A stretch of 64,000 nucleotides of DNA, from assembly GCA_965285935.1 (NCBI GenBank), contig OZ260662.1, positions 58,900,001-58,964,000 on the forward strand, read 5' to 3'. This document shows positions 1 to 13,071 of the stretch, one piece after another. Source of the stretch: Ophelia neglecta. Taxonomy: Eukaryota. The notes under the pieces are model-generated. The model was not told where the DNA came from, searched no databases, and worked only from the letters and a program-made list of their open reading frames with translations. Made by a program: the position numbers and the translations under genes. How positions within the stretch are numbered: position 1 is the first letter of the stretch; every line of letters starts with the position of its first letter.

Positions 1-97
1 TTGCTGTAACTAGACAATGCCAAGATGCGCAAAACTCGTTAAGTCATGATTGATGTGTGAGTGCCTGTAACTTTTGTCAAAATAATTTAAATAAACT

Positions 98-622
98 TGG
101 TGCATGGTAAGGATGAATATCCGAAACAGGTGTAAATAGAATTGCTTTATTCCAAGCTATCGACTGCTTCAGCCTTCTTCAGGGATTACAAATCTTCTAA
201 TGTCAAAATATTGAAAATATCGATAAAAGTTGATAATTATACACGTAGGAAATTACGTCAAATTATTGCGTCATAGAAAGGCACGTGCGTAAATGCGGCA
301 AGATAGTAGATAGGCCATGCAAACACAATACCAGCATAGAGAACTGTACAATATATATAGATATGAATGTAAAATGAATCAAATATTGTCTTTTACTAGA
401 TTCAAGTAGCGAAAATGCGTGCTTAATGCCTCTCCACGATAAGCTCCCAGGATATCTTAAATATGTTTGACATTAGAAGATTGGTAATCCCCGAAGAAGG
501 CTGAAGCAGCCGATAGCTTGGAATAAAGCAATTCTATTTACACCTGTTTCGGATCTTCATCCTTACCATGCACCATTTTTAGTACAGGTGTGCACAGCAG
601 ACCTCTACTTCTACTTTTATTG
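98..622. mobile_element. Penelope-like family A short insertion: inverted 3' part/pLTR (minus, ~98-450) plus direct pLTR with tail (plus, ~455-622)
   Basis: Both arms match the family A 3' end seen at 2020-2405. Flanked by a direct repeat AATAAACTTG at 90-99 and 623-632 (putative TSD). An inverted pLTR without the tail is typical PLE architecture. Confidence 0.8.
151..186 (-). ncRNA. Minimal hammerhead-like ribozyme, family A
   Basis: Reverse complement reads TCC-CTGAAGA-A-GGCTG-AAG-CAGTC-GATAGCTT-GGA. Confidence 0.6.
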
Positions 623-1304
623 AATAAACTTGCTACTACTACTGAAATTACAAAACGCTATTGACCAAGCTAGTTGGTGTCTGTAATTCATTAAAAAGGT
701 AAGAGGCCTAAATTGACTTTGTCTGGCCATGAACTATTGACTTTTGGGTGAAATCTGAGAATACTACAAATAAAAAATGACTAAGCACTCAAAACTTCTT
801 AAATAACCGACTATAATGTTCTATGGAAAGAGAATAAAAAAAATGTATGGTGCAATTCCAAAGAGCTTTTCTGTTAAGATATTAACCTATATTATCAAGG
901 TGAAATTGGCAAAAAAAAAATGACCAAAAAATGTATGAAACACTTCGCATTTCCAAGTGCAGGTAGTGATACCTTGTTTACCATATAGTTCTAAGTTTGG
1001 ACCACATGTTTATATCTAATATTGCTCCGGTTAAATTGAGCAGGGAACTAACTAGCATGTGGATCTTGCCTGGGTCCTGTTACAAAATATACGTTTGTGA
1101 GATTCCCCTAGGGTTTAAAGTGTGTACTAGCAGACCAATTCTAAGTAATGTGTGGCATGCAAATTTGTGAAGCAGTAAAAGTCAATTCGAAGAAATAATA
1201 ATTTAGAAAGTCCACACTAAGACCAGATTAATTAGTTCTATAGGTAATATACACGATAAGTTAGACTGGAATGTTCAGTTGATCAAAGGTAGATATAATA
1301 CCAC

Positions 1305-1730
1305 TATTTGATTTATCCTTATATATATAAGGATAAATCAAATAAGACTAAAGATGAAATCCAATTTGCGATATTTCGTCCATCTGGACTTCTTCAGGCG
1401 TTTATTTCCATTCCAGTTCTTTATGTATACATGACGTATATTGCGTCACCCGGTGTCCCGTGCATGTGTGACAACCGGATTCACGGGAAAATCATGACAC
1501 CTGATGTCAGACCGAGTCCTACCATGCCGGTGTTTTTATATCTACTTTTATTGAAATTAACACTTCTTTATATGTTTTGATTAAATGTTTAGATATATAT
1601 AACCTTGGTGTCTATAGCAACCATGTCTGTGTGCTTATTGTAACCTTTGAGGCTATATATACCGTGAAAACTATATCAATGTATCTCTTGAATGTGAGTG
1701 TTTTATGGCGTCATGATTTTCCTGACATGT
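1305..1730. mobile_element. Diverged Penelope-like family C relative: inverted pLTR (minus, ~1305-1490) joined to a plus-strand 3'UTR
   Basis: Similar to the family C 3' ends at 58671-59110 and 62930-63385, in both orientations. Confidence 0.7.
1368..1399 (-). ncRNA. Minimal hammerhead ribozyme, family C
   Basis: Reverse complement reads GC-CTGAAGA-A-GTCC-AGAT-GGAC-GAAATATC-GC: canonical core with palindromic ATAT helix III. Confidence 0.75.
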
Positions 1731-1857
1731 TCATAAATATTTGTCGTAACAAACTGAAGAAGACCGTGAAAGATGGATGCCTTCTAACAAACACTACGCA
1801 AGAAGAAGAGACGCTATCATATGTCTGAAACATCGTGATGATATTGTTATCAAATCT
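1730..1857 (+). pseudogene. Penelope-like ORF N-terminal fragment
   Basis: With one frameshift reads ...TNTTQEE/RDAIICLKHRDDIVIK, resembling the PLE pre-RT motif NLTxEExxALxxLxxxxDIVIK(PADKG). Confidence 0.5.
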
Positions 1858-2271
1858 AAGCATTACCTAAATCTTAGTGAGGTTCTCCATGGCCATAATT
1901 ATAATTTACCATCAATCATTGTACATCTTCATTTTGCTATGGTCGAATAAATATATCTGAATCTGAATCAGGGATTACAAATCTTCTAGGACCAAGAAGT
2001 TATCGGACTCTTGGGAGCTTATCGTGGAGAGGCATTGAACACGCATTTTCGCTACGTGAATCTAGTAAAAGACCATATTTGATTCATTTTACATTCATAT
2101 TTATATATATTGTACAGTACTCTATGCTGGTATTTTGTTTGCATGGCCTATCTACTATCTTGCCGCATTTACGCACGTGCCTTTCTATGACGCAATAATT
2201 TGACGTAATTTCCTACGTGAATATCAACATTTATCGATATTTTAAATATTTTGACATTAGAAGATTTGTAA

Positions 2272-2306
2272 TCCCTGAAGAAGGCTGAAGCAGCCGATAG
2301 CTTGGA
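2272..2306 (+). ncRNA. Minimal hammerhead-like ribozyme, family A (CUGAAGA intact)
   Basis: TCC-CTGAAGA-A-GGCTG-AAG-CAGCC-GATAGCTT-GGA. Confidence 0.65.
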
Positions 2307-2403
2307 ATAAAGCAATTCTATTTACACCTGTTTCGGATCTTCATCCTTACCATGCACCATTTTTAGTACAGGTGTGCACAGCAGACATCTACTTCTACTT
2401 TTA

Positions 2404-3040
2404 TTGGCACTCCATGTGGTGGAGATTATTCTAATCTTTTTGTAGACTGGGAGGAGGAAAACATCAGAAACGAATACCTTGGAAGACAACCTGAACTCCT
2501 CAAACGCTATGTCAATGACAATTGTGGAGCAACTACTATGCCTATGGAATAGCTCAAGAAGTATTTGAAATTTGTCAACAGCCACAATGAGAACATCAAA
2601 TACACCTTCATCACATGTGAAGAGGCCATCCCTATGATGGACACAACGCTTTACGTAAAGGACCGAAAAATTGAATCCACCATCTATTACAAGGGAACAG
2701 ACAGCCACTCCTACCTCAAATTTGATTCTGAACACCCGAATAGCTTGAAGAAGAGTATTCCCTACTCGTAATTCTTAAGACTAAGAAGAACAGTGTCAAG
2801 CAATGCAGATTTCCAAGCAAGAGCCCAGGAAATGAAGCTTTTCTTTCTGAATAGAAATTACCCACATCGAATCGTGTCAGATGGATTGAGAAAAACCAGC
2901 TCTTAAGTCAGAGAGGATCTCCTAAAGGATAAGCCAAGACAGAACTATGAAAAAGACCTTTTAACTTTTCCTATTACCTACAACAGCATCATCCGTAAGA
3001 TTGTAAAATCAGTACTAACCTACTACATCATTCTCCAGAA
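2404..3040 (+). pseudogene. Penelope family A reverse transcriptase fragment (5'-truncated, with stops); repeated every 2078 bp
   Basis: IGTPCGGDYSNLFV...KRYVND...YYKGTDSHSYL...KKSIPYS*FLRLRR, collinear with the family B RT at 15912-17238. Confidence 0.85.
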
Positions 3041-3473
3041 AGACTGGTCGAGAGATTAATCAATGATCCGAGTAACGTAAAAAATTCAACGAAAATTGCC
3101 AGACATTTTGATGAAACTGGTCATAGCGCTGATGACGTGTGAGAGGGGGCAATTTGTTCCGTCGATGACAAGGAAGGATCGCTTCACCAAGGAGCAAGAA
3201 GTTATCGGACTCCTGGGAGCTTATCGTGGAGAGGCATTGAGCACGCATTTTCGCTACTTGAATCTAGTAAAAGACAATATTTGATTCATTTTACATTCAT
3301 ATCTATATATATTGTACAGTTCTCTATGCTGGTATTGTGTTTGCATGGCCTATCTACTATCTTGCCGCATTTACGCACGTGCCTTTCTATGACGCAATAA
3401 TTTGACGTAATTTTCTACGTGTATATCAACTTTTATCGATATTTTCAATATTTTGACATTAGAAGATTTGTAA

Positions 3474-3508
3474 TCCCTGAAGAAGGCTGAAGCAGCCGAT
3501 AGCTTGGA
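3474..3508 (+). ncRNA. Minimal hammerhead-like ribozyme, family A (intact CUGAAGA); further copies at 5552, 7630, 9708, 11785, 12578, 61073 and 60106 (GACA variant)
   Basis: Same motif as at 2272. Confidence 0.65.
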
Positions 3509-3699
3509 ATAAAGCAATTCTATTTACACCTGTTTCGGATCTTCATCCTTAACATGCACCAAATCAGATAAAAGTTTCTACAAACAACTCAGCAAGGAAG
3601 ATATTAGGACTCATCAACTACACCATTCTCCAGAAAGACCCTCTTGTCGGTAAAGCCTTTCAAATTAAACCCTAAATCGCCTACCGACGAGGCCCAATA

Positions 3700-4195
3700 A
3701 TTGGCAAAGCAGTGATCAACACCTAAATTCACCAAAGCACAGACGACGACATCAAAGGCACCTTCCCATGCAAAACATGCTTTCATACCAACTCAAACCC
3801 TCTCATAAATGGACCGAAAGGACATATTACAGCTAAAGAACGTTTCTCGTGTGAATCGAAAGCAGTTGTGTACGCCATATCTTGTGAGCTATGTGGCCAA
3901 ATTTACATTGGCGAGACTGTTCGGCCCCTAGCAGACAGATTCGCCCAACAACGCAATCAGGTCGAGAGATTAATCAATGATCCGAGTAACGTAAAAAAAT
4001 CAACGAAAATTGCCAGACATTTTGCTGAACCTGGTCATAGCGCTGATGACATGAGAGTGGGGCAATTTGTACCGTCGATGACAGGAAGGATCGCTTCACC
4101 AAGGAGCAAGAAGTTATCGGACTCCTGGGAGCTGATCGTGGAGAGGCATTTAGCACGCATTTTCGCTACGTGAATCTAGTAAAAGACAATATTTG
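3700..4195 (+). pseudogene. Penelope family A GIY-YIG endonuclease fragment; repeated in the array and at 12.0-13.9 kb and 59.1-60.9 kb
   Basis: FSCESKAVVYAISCELCGQIYIGETxRxxADRFAQ...IARHF, preceded by a Cys-rich linker (PCDTPCKTC in the 12866 and 59228 copies). Confidence 0.85.
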
Positions 4196-4349
4196 ATTCA
4201 TTTTACATTCATATCTATATATATTGTATAGTACTTTATGCTGGTATTACGCACGTGCCTTTCTATGACGTAATAATTTGACGTAATTTCCTACGTGTAT
4301 ATCAACATTTATCGATATTTTAAATATTTTGACATTAGAAGATTTGTAA

Positions 4350-4384
4350 TCCCCGAAGAAGGCTGAAGCAGCCGATAGCTTGGA
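4350..4384 (+). ncRNA. Family A hammerhead with mutated core (CCGAAGA); also at 488, 6428, 8506 and 10583
   Basis: U4 to C change relative to CUGAAGA, otherwise identical. Confidence 0.55.
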
Positions 4385-7300
4385 ATAAAGCAATTCTATT
4401 TACACCTGTTTCGGATCTTCATCCTTACCATGCACCATTTTTAGTACAGGTGTGCACAGCAGACATCTACTTCTACTTTTATTGGCACTCCATGTGGTGG
4501 AGATTATTCTAATCTTTTTGTAGACTGGGAGGAGGAAAACATCAGAAACGAATACCTTGGAAGACAACCTGAACTCCTCAAACGCTATGTCAATGACAAT
4601 TGTGGAGCAACTACTATGCCTATGGAATAGCTCAAGAAGTATTTGAAATTTGTCAACAGCCACAATGAGAACATCAAATACACCTTCATCACATGTGAAG
4701 AGGCCATCCCTATGATGGACACAACGCTTTACGTAAAGGACCGAAAAATTGAATCCACCATCTATTACAAGGGAACAGACAGCCACTCCTACCTCAAATT
4801 TGATTCTGAACACCCGAATAGCTTGAAGAAGAGTATTCCCTACTCGTAATTCTTAAGACTAAGAAGAATAGTGTCAAGCAATGCAGATTTCCAAGCAAGA
4901 GCCCAGGAAATGAAGCTTTTCTTTCTGAATAGAAATTACCCACATCGAATCGTGTCAGATGGATTGAGAAAAGCCAGCTCTTAAGTCAGAGAGGATCTCC
5001 TAAAGGATAAGCCAAGACAGAACTATGAAAAAGACCTTTTAACTTTTCCTATTACCTACAACAGCATCATCCGTAAGATTGTAAAATCAGTACTAACCTA
5101 CTACATCATTCTCCAGAAAGACTGGTCGAGAGATTAATCAATGATCCGAGTAACGTAAAAAATTCAACGAAAATTGCCAGACATTTTGATGAAACTGGTC
5201 ATAGCGCTGATGACGTGTGAGAGGGGGCAATTTGTTCCGTCGATGACAAGGAAGGATCGCTTCACCAAGGAGCAAGAAGTTATCGGACTCCTGGGAGCTT
5301 ATCGTGGAGAGGCATTGAGCACGCATTTTCGCTACTTGAATCTAGTAAAAGACAATATTTGATTCATTTTACATTCATATCTATATATATTGTACAGTTC
5401 TCTATGCTGGTATTGTGTTTGCATGGCCTATCTACTATCTTGCCGCATTTACGCACGTGCCTTTCTATGACGCAATAATTTGACGTAATTTTCTACGTGT
5501 ATATCAACTTTTATCGATATTTTCAATATTTTGACATTAGAAGATTTGTAATCCCTGAAGAAGGCTGAAGCAGCCGATAGCTTGGAATAAAGCAATTCTA
5601 TTTACACCTGTTTCGGATCTTCATCCTTAACATGCACCAAATCAGATAAAAGTTTCTACAAACAACTCAGCAAGGAAGATATTAGGACTCATCAACTACA
5701 CCATTCTCCAGAAAGACCCTCTTGTCGGTAAAGCCTTTCAAATTAAACCCTAAATCGCCTACCGACGAGGCCCAATAATTGGCAAAGCAGTGATCAACAC
5801 CTAAATTCACCAAAGCACAGACGACGACATCAAAGGCACCTTCCCATGCAAAACATGCTTTCATACCAACTCAAACCCTCTCATAAATGGACCGAAAGGA
5901 CATATTACAGCTAAAGAACGTTTCTCGTGTGAATCGAAAGCAGTTGTGTACGCCATATCTTGTGAGCTATGTGGCCAAATTTACATTGGCGAGACTGTTC
6001 GGCCCCTAGCAGACAGATTCGCCCAACAACGCAATCAGGTCGAGAGATTAATCAATGATCCGAGTAACGTAAAAAAATCAACGAAAATTGCCAGACATTT
6101 TGCTGAACCTGGTCATAGCGCTGATGACATGAGAGTGGGGCAATTTGTACCGTCGATGACAGGAAGGATCGCTTCACCAAGGAGCAAGAAGTTATCGGAC
6201 TCCTGGGAGCTGATCGTGGAGAGGCATTTAGCACGCATTTTCGCTACGTGAATCTAGTAAAAGACAATATTTGATTCATTTTACATTCATATCTATATAT
6301 ATTGTATAGTACTTTATGCTGGTATTACGCACGTGCCTTTCTATGACGTAATAATTTGACGTAATTTCCTACGTGAATATCAACATTTATCGATATTTTA
6401 AATATTTTGACATTAGAAGATTTGTAATCCCCGAAGAAGGCTGAAGCAGCCGATAGCTTGGAATAAAGCAATTCTATTTACACCTGTTTCGGATCTTCAT
6501 CCTTACCATGCACCATTTTTAGTACAGGTGTGCACAGCAGACATCTACTTCTACTTTTATTGGCACTCCATGTGGTGGAGATTATTCTAATCTTTTTGTA
6601 GACTGGGAGGAGGAAAACATCAGAAACGAATACCTTGGAAGACAACCTGAACTCCTCAAACGCTATGTCAATGACAATTGTGGAGCAACTACTATGCCTA
6701 TGGAATAGCTCAAGAAGTATTTGAAATTTGTCAACAGCCACAATGAGAACATCTAATACACCTTCATCACATGTGAAGAGGCCATCCCTATGATGGACAC
6801 AACGCTTTACGTAAAGGACCGAAAAATTGAATCCACCATCTATTACAAGGGAACAGACAGCCACTCCTACCTCAAATTTGATTCTGAACACCCGAATAGC
6901 TTGAAGAAGAGTATTCCCTACTCGTAATTCTTAAGATGAAGAAGAATAGTGTCAAGGAATGCAGATTTCCAAGCAAGAGCCCAGGAAATGAAGCTTTTCT
7001 TTCTGAATAGAAATTACCCACATCGAATCGTGTCAGATGGATTGAGAAAAGCCAGCTCTTAAGTCAGAGAGGATCTCCTAAAGGATAAGCCAAGACAGAA
7101 CTATGAAAAAGACCTTTTAACTTTTCCTATTACCTACAACAGCATCATCCGTAAGATTGTAAAATCAGTACTAACCTACTACATCATTCTCCAGAAAGAC
7201 TGGTCGAGAGATTAATCAATGATCCGAGTAACGTAAAAAATTCAACGAAAATTGCCAGACATTTTGATGAAACTGGTCATAGCGCTGATGACGTGTGAGA

Positions 7301-10300
7301 GGGGGCAATTTGCTCCGTCGATGACAAGGAAGGATCGCTTCACCAAGGAGCAAGAAGTTATCGGACTCCTGGGAGCTTATCGTGGAGAGGCATTGAGCAC
7401 GCATTTTCGCTACTTGAATCTAGTAAAAGACAATATTTGATTCATTTTACATTCATATCTATATATATTGTACAGTTCTCTATGCTGGTATTGTGTTTGC
7501 ATGGCCTATCTACTATCTTGCCGCATTTACGCACGTGCCTTTCTATGACGCAATAATTTGACGTAATTTTCTACGTGTATATCAACTTTTATCGATATTT
7601 TCAATATTTTGACATTAGAAGATTTGTAATCCCTGAAGAAGGCTGAAGCAGCCGATAGCTTGGAATAAAGCAATTCTATTTACACATGTTTCGGATCTTC
7701 ATCCTTAACATGCACCAAATCAGATAAAAGTTTCTACAAACAACTCAGCAAGGAAGATATTAGGACTCATCAACTACACCATTCTCCAGAAAGACCCTCT
7801 TGTCGGTAAAGCCTTTCAAATTAAACCCTAAATCGCCTACCGACGAGGCCCAATAATTGGCAAAGCAGTGATCAACACCTAAATTCACCAAAGCACAGAC
7901 GACGACATCAAAGGCACCTTCCCATGCAAAACATGCTTTCATACCAACTCAAACCCTCTCATAAATGGACCGAAAGGACATATTACAGCTAAAGAACGTT
8001 TCTCGTGTGAATCGAAAGCAGTTGTGTACGCCATATCTTGTGAGCTATGTGGCCAAATTTACATTGGCGAGACTGTTCGGCCCCTAGCAGACAGATTCGC
8101 CCAACAACGCAATCAGGTCGAGAGATTAATCAATGATCCGAGTAACGTAAAAAAATCAACGAAAATTGCCAGACATTTTGCTGAACCTGGTCATAGCGCT
8201 GATGACATGAGAGTGGGGCAATTTGTACCGTCGATGACAGGAAGGATCGCTTCACCAAGGAGCAAGAAGTTATCGGACTCCTGGGAGCTGATCGTGGAGA
8301 GGCATTTAGCACGCATTTTCGCTACGTGAATCTAGTAAAAGACAATATTTGATTCATTTTACATTCATATCTATATATATTGTGTAGTACTTTATGCTGG
8401 TATTACGCACGTGCCTTTCTATGACGTAATAATTTGACGTAATTTCCTACGTGTATATCAACATTTATCGATATTTTAAATATTTTGACATTAGAAGATT
8501 TGTTATCCCCGAAGAAGGCTGAAGCAGCCGATAGCTTGGAATAAAGCAATTCTATTTACACCTGTTTCGGATCTTCATCCTTACCATGCACCATTTTTAG
8601 TACAGGTGTGCACAGCAGACATCTACTTCTACTTTTATTGGCACTCCATGTGGTGGAGATTATTCTAATCTTTTTGTAGACTGGGAGGAGGAAAACATCA
8701 GAAACGAATACCTTGGAAGACAACCTGAACTCCTCAAACGCTATGTCAATGACAATTGTGGAGCAACTACTATGCCTATGGAATAGCTCAAGAAGTATTT
8801 GAAATTTGTCAACAGCCACAATGAGAACATCAAATACACCTTCATCACATGTGAAGAGGCCATCCCTATGATGGACACAACGCTTTACGTAAAGGACCGA
8901 AAAATTGAATCCACCATCTATTACAAGGGAACAGACAGCCACTCCTACCTCAAATTTGATTCTGAACACCCGAATAGCTTGAAGAAGAGTATTCCCTACT
9001 CGTAATTCTTAAGATGAAGAAGAATAGTGTCAAGCAATGCAGATTTCCAAGCAAGAGCCCAGGAAATGAAGCTTTTCTTTCTGAATAGAAATTACCCACA
9101 TCGAATCGTGTCAGATGGATTGAGAAAAGTCAGCTCTTAAGTCAGAGAGGATCTTCTAAAGGATAAGCCAAGACAGAACTATGAAAAAGACCTTTTAACT
9201 TTTCCTATTACCTACAACAGCATCATCCGTAAGATTGTAAAATCAGTACTAACCTACTACATCATTCTCCAGAAAGACTGGTCGAGAGATTAATCAATGA
9301 TCCGAGTAACGTAAAAAATTCAACGAAAATTGCCAGACATTTTGATGAAACTGGTCATAGCGCTGATGACGTGTGAGAGGGGGCGATTTGATCCGTCGAT
9401 GACAAGGAAGGATCGCTTCACCAAGGAGCAAGAAGTTATCGGACTCCTGGGAGCTTATCGTGGAGAGGCATTGAGCACGCATTTTCGCTACTTGAATCTA
9501 GTAAAAGACAATATTTGATTCATTTTACATTCCTATCTATATATATTGTACAGTTCTCTATGCTGGTATTGTGTTTGCATGGCCTATCTACTATCTTGCC
9601 GCATTTACGCACGTGCCTTTCTATGACGCAATAATTTGACGTAATTTTCTACGTGTATATCAACTTTTATCGATATTTTCAATATTTTGACATTAGAAGA
9701 TTTGTAATCCCTGAAGAAGGCTGAAGCAGCCGATAGCTTGGAATAAAGCAATTCTATTTACACCTGTTTCGGATCTTCATCCTTAACATGCACCAAATCA
9801 GATAAAAGTTTCTACAAACAACTCAGCAAGGAAGATATTAGGACTCATCAACTACACCATTCTCCAGAAAGACCCTCTTGTCGGTAAAGCCTTTCAAATT
9901 AAACCCTAAATCGCCTACCGACGAGGCCCAATAATTGGCAAAGCAGTGATCAACACCTAAATTCACCAAAGCACAGACGACGACATCAAAGGCACCTTCC
10001 CATGCAAAACATGCTTTCATACCAACTCAAACCCTCTCATAAATGGACCGAAAGGACATATTACAGCTAAAGAACGTTTCTCGTGTGAATCGAAAGCAGT
10101 TGTGTACGCCATATCTTGTGAGCTATGTGGCCAAATTTACATTGGCGAGACTGTTCGGCCCAAGCAGACAGATTCGCCCAACAACGCAATCAGGTCGAGA
10201 GATTAATCAATGATCCGAGTAACGTAAAAAAATCAACGAAAATTGCCAGACATATTGCTGAACCTGGTCATAGCGCTTATGACATGAGAGTGGGGCAATT

Positions 10301-13071
10301 TGTACCGTCGATGACAGGAAGGATCGCTTCACCAAGGAGCAAGAAGTTATCGGACTCCTGGGAGCTGATCGTGGAGAGGCATTTAGCACGCATTTTCGCT
10401 ACGTGAATCTAGTAAAAGACAATATTTGATTCATTTTACATTCATATCAATATATATTGTACAGTACTTTATGCTGGTATTACGCACGTGCCTTTCTATG
10501 ACGTAATAATTTGACGTAATTTCCTACGTGTATATCAACATTTATCGATATTTTAAATATTTTGACATTAGAAGATTTGTAATCCCCGAAGAAGGCTGAA
10601 GCAGCCGATAGCTTGGAATAAAGCAATTCTATTTACACCTGTTTCGGATCTTCATCCTTACCATGCACCATTTTTAGTACAGGTGTGCACAGCAGACATC
10701 TACTTCTACTTTTATTGGCACCCCATGTGGTGGAGATTATTCTAATCTTTTTGTAGACTGGGAGGAGGAAAACATCAGAAACGAATACCTTGGAAGACAA
10801 CCTGAACTCCTCAAACGCTATGTCAATGACAATTGTGGAGCAACTACTATGCCTATGGAATAGCTCAAGAAGTATTTGAAATTTGTCAACAGCCACAATG
10901 AGAACATCAAATACACCTTCATCACATGTGAAGAGGCCATCCCTATGATGGACACAACGCTTTACGTAAAGGACCGAAAAATTGAATCCACCATCTATTA
11001 CAAGGGAACAGACAGCCACTCCTACCTCAAATTTGATTCTGAACACCCGAATAGCTTGAAGAAGAGTATTCCCTACTCGTAATTCTTAAGACTAAGAAGA
11101 ATAGTGTCAAGCAATGCAGATTTCCAAGCAAGAGCCCAGGAAATGAAGCTTTTCTTTCTGAATAGAAATTACCCACATCGAATCGTGTCAGATGGATTGA
11201 GAAAAGCCAGCTCTTAAGTCAGAGAGGATCTCCTAAAGGATAAGCCAAGACAGAACTATGAAAAAGACCTTTTAACTTTTCCTATTACCTACAACAGCAT
11301 CATCCGTAAGATTGTAAAATCAGTACTAACCTACTACATCATTCTCCAGAAAGACTGGTCGAGAGATTAATCAATGATCCGAGTAACGTAAAAAATTCAA
11401 CGAAAATTGCCAGACATTTTGATGAAACTGGTCATAGCGCTGATGACGTGTGAGAGGGGGCAATTTGTTCCGTCGATGACAAGGAAGGATCGCTTCACCA
11501 AGGAGCAAGAAGTTATCGGACTCCTGGGAGCTTATCGTGGAGAGGCATTGAGCACGCATTTTCGCTACTTGAATCTAGTAAAAGACAATATTTGATTCAT
11601 TTTACATTCATATCTATATATATTGTACAGTTCTCTATGCTGGTATTGTGTTTGCATGGCCTATCTACTATCTTGCCGCATTTACGCACGTGCCTTTCTA
11701 TGACGCAATAATTTGACGTAATTTTCTACGTGTATATCAACTTTTATCGATATTTTCAATATTTTGACATTAGAAGATTTGTAATCCCTGAAGAAGGCTG
11801 AAGCAGCCGATAGCTTGGAATAAAGCAATTCTATTTACACCTGTTTCGGATCTTCATCCTTAACATGCACCAAATCAGATAAAAGTTTCTACAAACAACT
11901 CAGCAAGGAAGATATTAGGACTCATCAACTACACCATTCTCCAGAAAGACCCTCTTGTCGGTTAAGCCTTTCAAATTAAACCCTAAATCGCCTACCGACG
12001 AGGCCCAATAATTGGCAAAGCAGTGATCAACACCTAAATTCACCAAAGCACAGACGACGACATCAAAGGCACCTTCCCATGCAAAACATGCTTTCATACC
12101 AACTCAAACCCTCTCATAAATGGACCGAAAGGACATATTACAGCTAAAGAACGTTTCTCGTGCGAATCGAAAGCAGTTGTGTACGCTATATCTTGTGAAC
12201 TATGTGGCCAAATTTACATTGGCGAGACTGGTCGGCGCCAAGCAGACAGGTTCGCCCAACATTGCAATCTGGTCGAGAGATTAATCAATGATCCGAATAA
12301 GGTAAAAAAATTCAACGAAAATTGCCAGATATTTTGCTGAACCTGGTCAAAGCACTGATGACGTGAGAGTTGTGGCAATTTGTACCGTCGATGACAGGAA
12401 GGATGGCTTCAGTAGTAAAGTATAAATCCTGAGCTTTCCCTGTGTCGCTTCACCAAGGAGCAAGTAGTTATCGGACATTTGGAAGCTTATCGTGAAGAGG
12501 CATTGAACACGCATTTCGCTACGTGAATGTAGTAAAACGCAAAATATTTAACTCATTTTACATTAGAAGATTTGTAATCCCTGAAGAAGGCTGAAGCAGC
12601 CGATAGCTTGGAAGAAAGCAATTTTATTTACACCTGTTTCGTATATTCAACCATGCACCAAATCAGATACAAGTTCCTACAAACAACTCAGCAAGGACTA
12701 TATTGGGACTCATCAACTACACCATTCTCCAGAAAGACCCTCTTGTCGGTAAAGCCTGTCAAATTAAACCCACAATCGACTACCGACGAGGCCCAACAAT
12801 TGGCAAAGCAGAGATCAACACCTAAATTCATCAGATAACAGACTATGACATCAAAGGCACCTTTCCCTGTGACACACCATGCAAAACATGCTTCCATACC
12901 AACTCAAGCCCCCTCATTAATGGACCGAAAGGACATATTACAGCTAAAGAACGTTTCTCGTGTGAATCGAAAGCAGTTGTGTACGCTATATCTTGTGAGC
13001 TATGTGGCCAAATTTACATTGGCGAGACTGGTCGGCGCCAAGCAGACAGGTTCGCCCAACTTTGCAATGTG

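Larger units (their letters stand above)
2170..12230 (+). repeat. Tandem array of a 2078-bp Penelope family A-derived unit (about 4.8 near-identical copies)
   Basis: Essentially identical ORFs recur at 2322, 4400, 6478, 8556 and 10633 (period 2078/2077). Unit = pLTR+tail, RT fragment, deleted 3' end, pLTR, internally deleted GIY-YIG copy. Confidence 0.95.

Noticed and set aside
1755-1790. CTGAAGAAGACC... as a fourth hammerhead
   Set aside because: No closing helix II or GAAA in place; it lies in a PLE N-terminal coding fragment (KLKKTVK)
1945-1970. AATAAA followed by (TCTGAA)n as the 3' end of a LINE
   Set aside because: Only about two repeat units and no recognisable upstream LINE sequence; too weak to call
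2322-2735. 137-aa minus-strand ORF repeated five times, and the 60-126 aa minus ORFs in the DIRS array
   Set aside because: Antisense shadows of RT/YR coding sequence; their recurrence only reflects the tandem repeats
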